Assembly (NCBI GenBank): GCA_002633005.1 | Contig: NMRA01001135.1 | Span: forward strand, 1-50,761 | From: Phoronis australis | Lineage: Eukaryota > Animalia > Phoronida | Length of the DNA: 50,761 nt | Direction of reading: 5' to 3' | Shown here: piece by piece, positions 50,203 through 50,761 of the stretch | Layout of the letters: each line of letters starts with the position of its first letter | Numbering within the stretch: the first letter of the stretch is position 1 | Made by a program: the position numbers and the translations under genes | Notes under the pieces: generated by a model | The model's input: the letters and a program-made list of their open reading frames with translations, nothing else | What the model was told of the DNA's origin: nothing | Database searches by the model: none

Positions 50203-50761
50203 AGCAGCATTCACTCTGCATATGAACCACTGACGTCGCTAGCGTCGTTTTTCACCTTCCTCACAGGTTAACGCGACACCTCTTGGCAAGGTAAGGTCGA
50301 CCGTGTGCGAGGCGATGTAGATATAGACCGATTAAGACGGCAAAAAAGACTAATTAAATCGGATGGCATTCTCCTTTAACGCGTTTTTAAAGGTGATTTC
50401 AAAAGTAAATGTTAAAGTTGTCTGGAATCCACGCATTGTGTTTGAAAGCTTAACTCTTTAGCTATAAAATGACACCACTTTGGTCCCCAAAGACTGCATA
50501 TTAATGGCGCTAGGATGCTATGAACATGACTTGTTTTACCCTTACAAAAGATGCCTCTTCCCAGGCATGTACTCGGGCATGATCCTCTTTTTTGAACCAA
50601 CACATGTCACTAATATATGCAAATGAGGCGCGCATCGCCTACGTCATATGACGTCATACGACACGAGTTTCCAATTTGAACCTTCAGGTGCCTATAGTGA
50701 ATGAATTGAAAACGCAGTTCTACCTGATTGGGCAGATCGAAGAAAATTAAGAACTCACACA

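Larger units (their letters stand above)
48794..50375. mobile_element. Kolobok-like non-autonomous DNA transposon (internally deleted)
   Basis: TTAA on both sides (48790-48793 and 50376-50379). TIRs AGGAGCATGCTACCC / GGATGGCATTCTCCT pair at 12 of 15 positions. Contains a THAP relic on the minus strand and an acidic ORF start on the plus strand. Confidence 0.65.

Noticed and set aside
1-50761. Most 60-130 aa ORFs in the supplied track
   Set aside because: They have no recognisable motifs, often start at non-ATG codons, and many are antisense shadows of real exons or lie in repeats. This is expected noise in intron-rich eukaryotic DNA.

Overview
AT-rich, repeat-dense, intron-containing animal genomic DNA, probably a marine invertebrate draft assembly, with one N-gap at 16535-16606 and single-N joins at 5775, 29520 and 36151. 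All host genes I can support are on the minus strand: (1) the first five coding exons of a natriuretic-peptide-receptor / receptor guanylyl cyclase-like gene (8482 to 603, running off the window start); (2) a probable orphan multi-exon gene at about 24.3-27.4 kb; (3) an F-box/LRR-like gene at 35.1-36.9 kb whose internal 423-bp duplication looks like an assembly artefact. Mobile DNA includes a decayed hAT transposase between two inverted copies of a ~430-bp MITE, a decayed non-LTR retrotransposon RT, a pseudogenised P2X7-ballast-like (KolX-type) gene behind a TTAA-AG terminus, a TTAA-flanked Kolobok-like element that keeps the convergent 5' ends of a THAP gene and a ballast-like gene, and several MITEs. 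The palindrome TACATGTA is strongly enriched, and paralogous copies in the window show it arising as an insertion at TA sites, which fits Tc1/mariner excision scars. All calls come from manual reading and translation; no searches were run.
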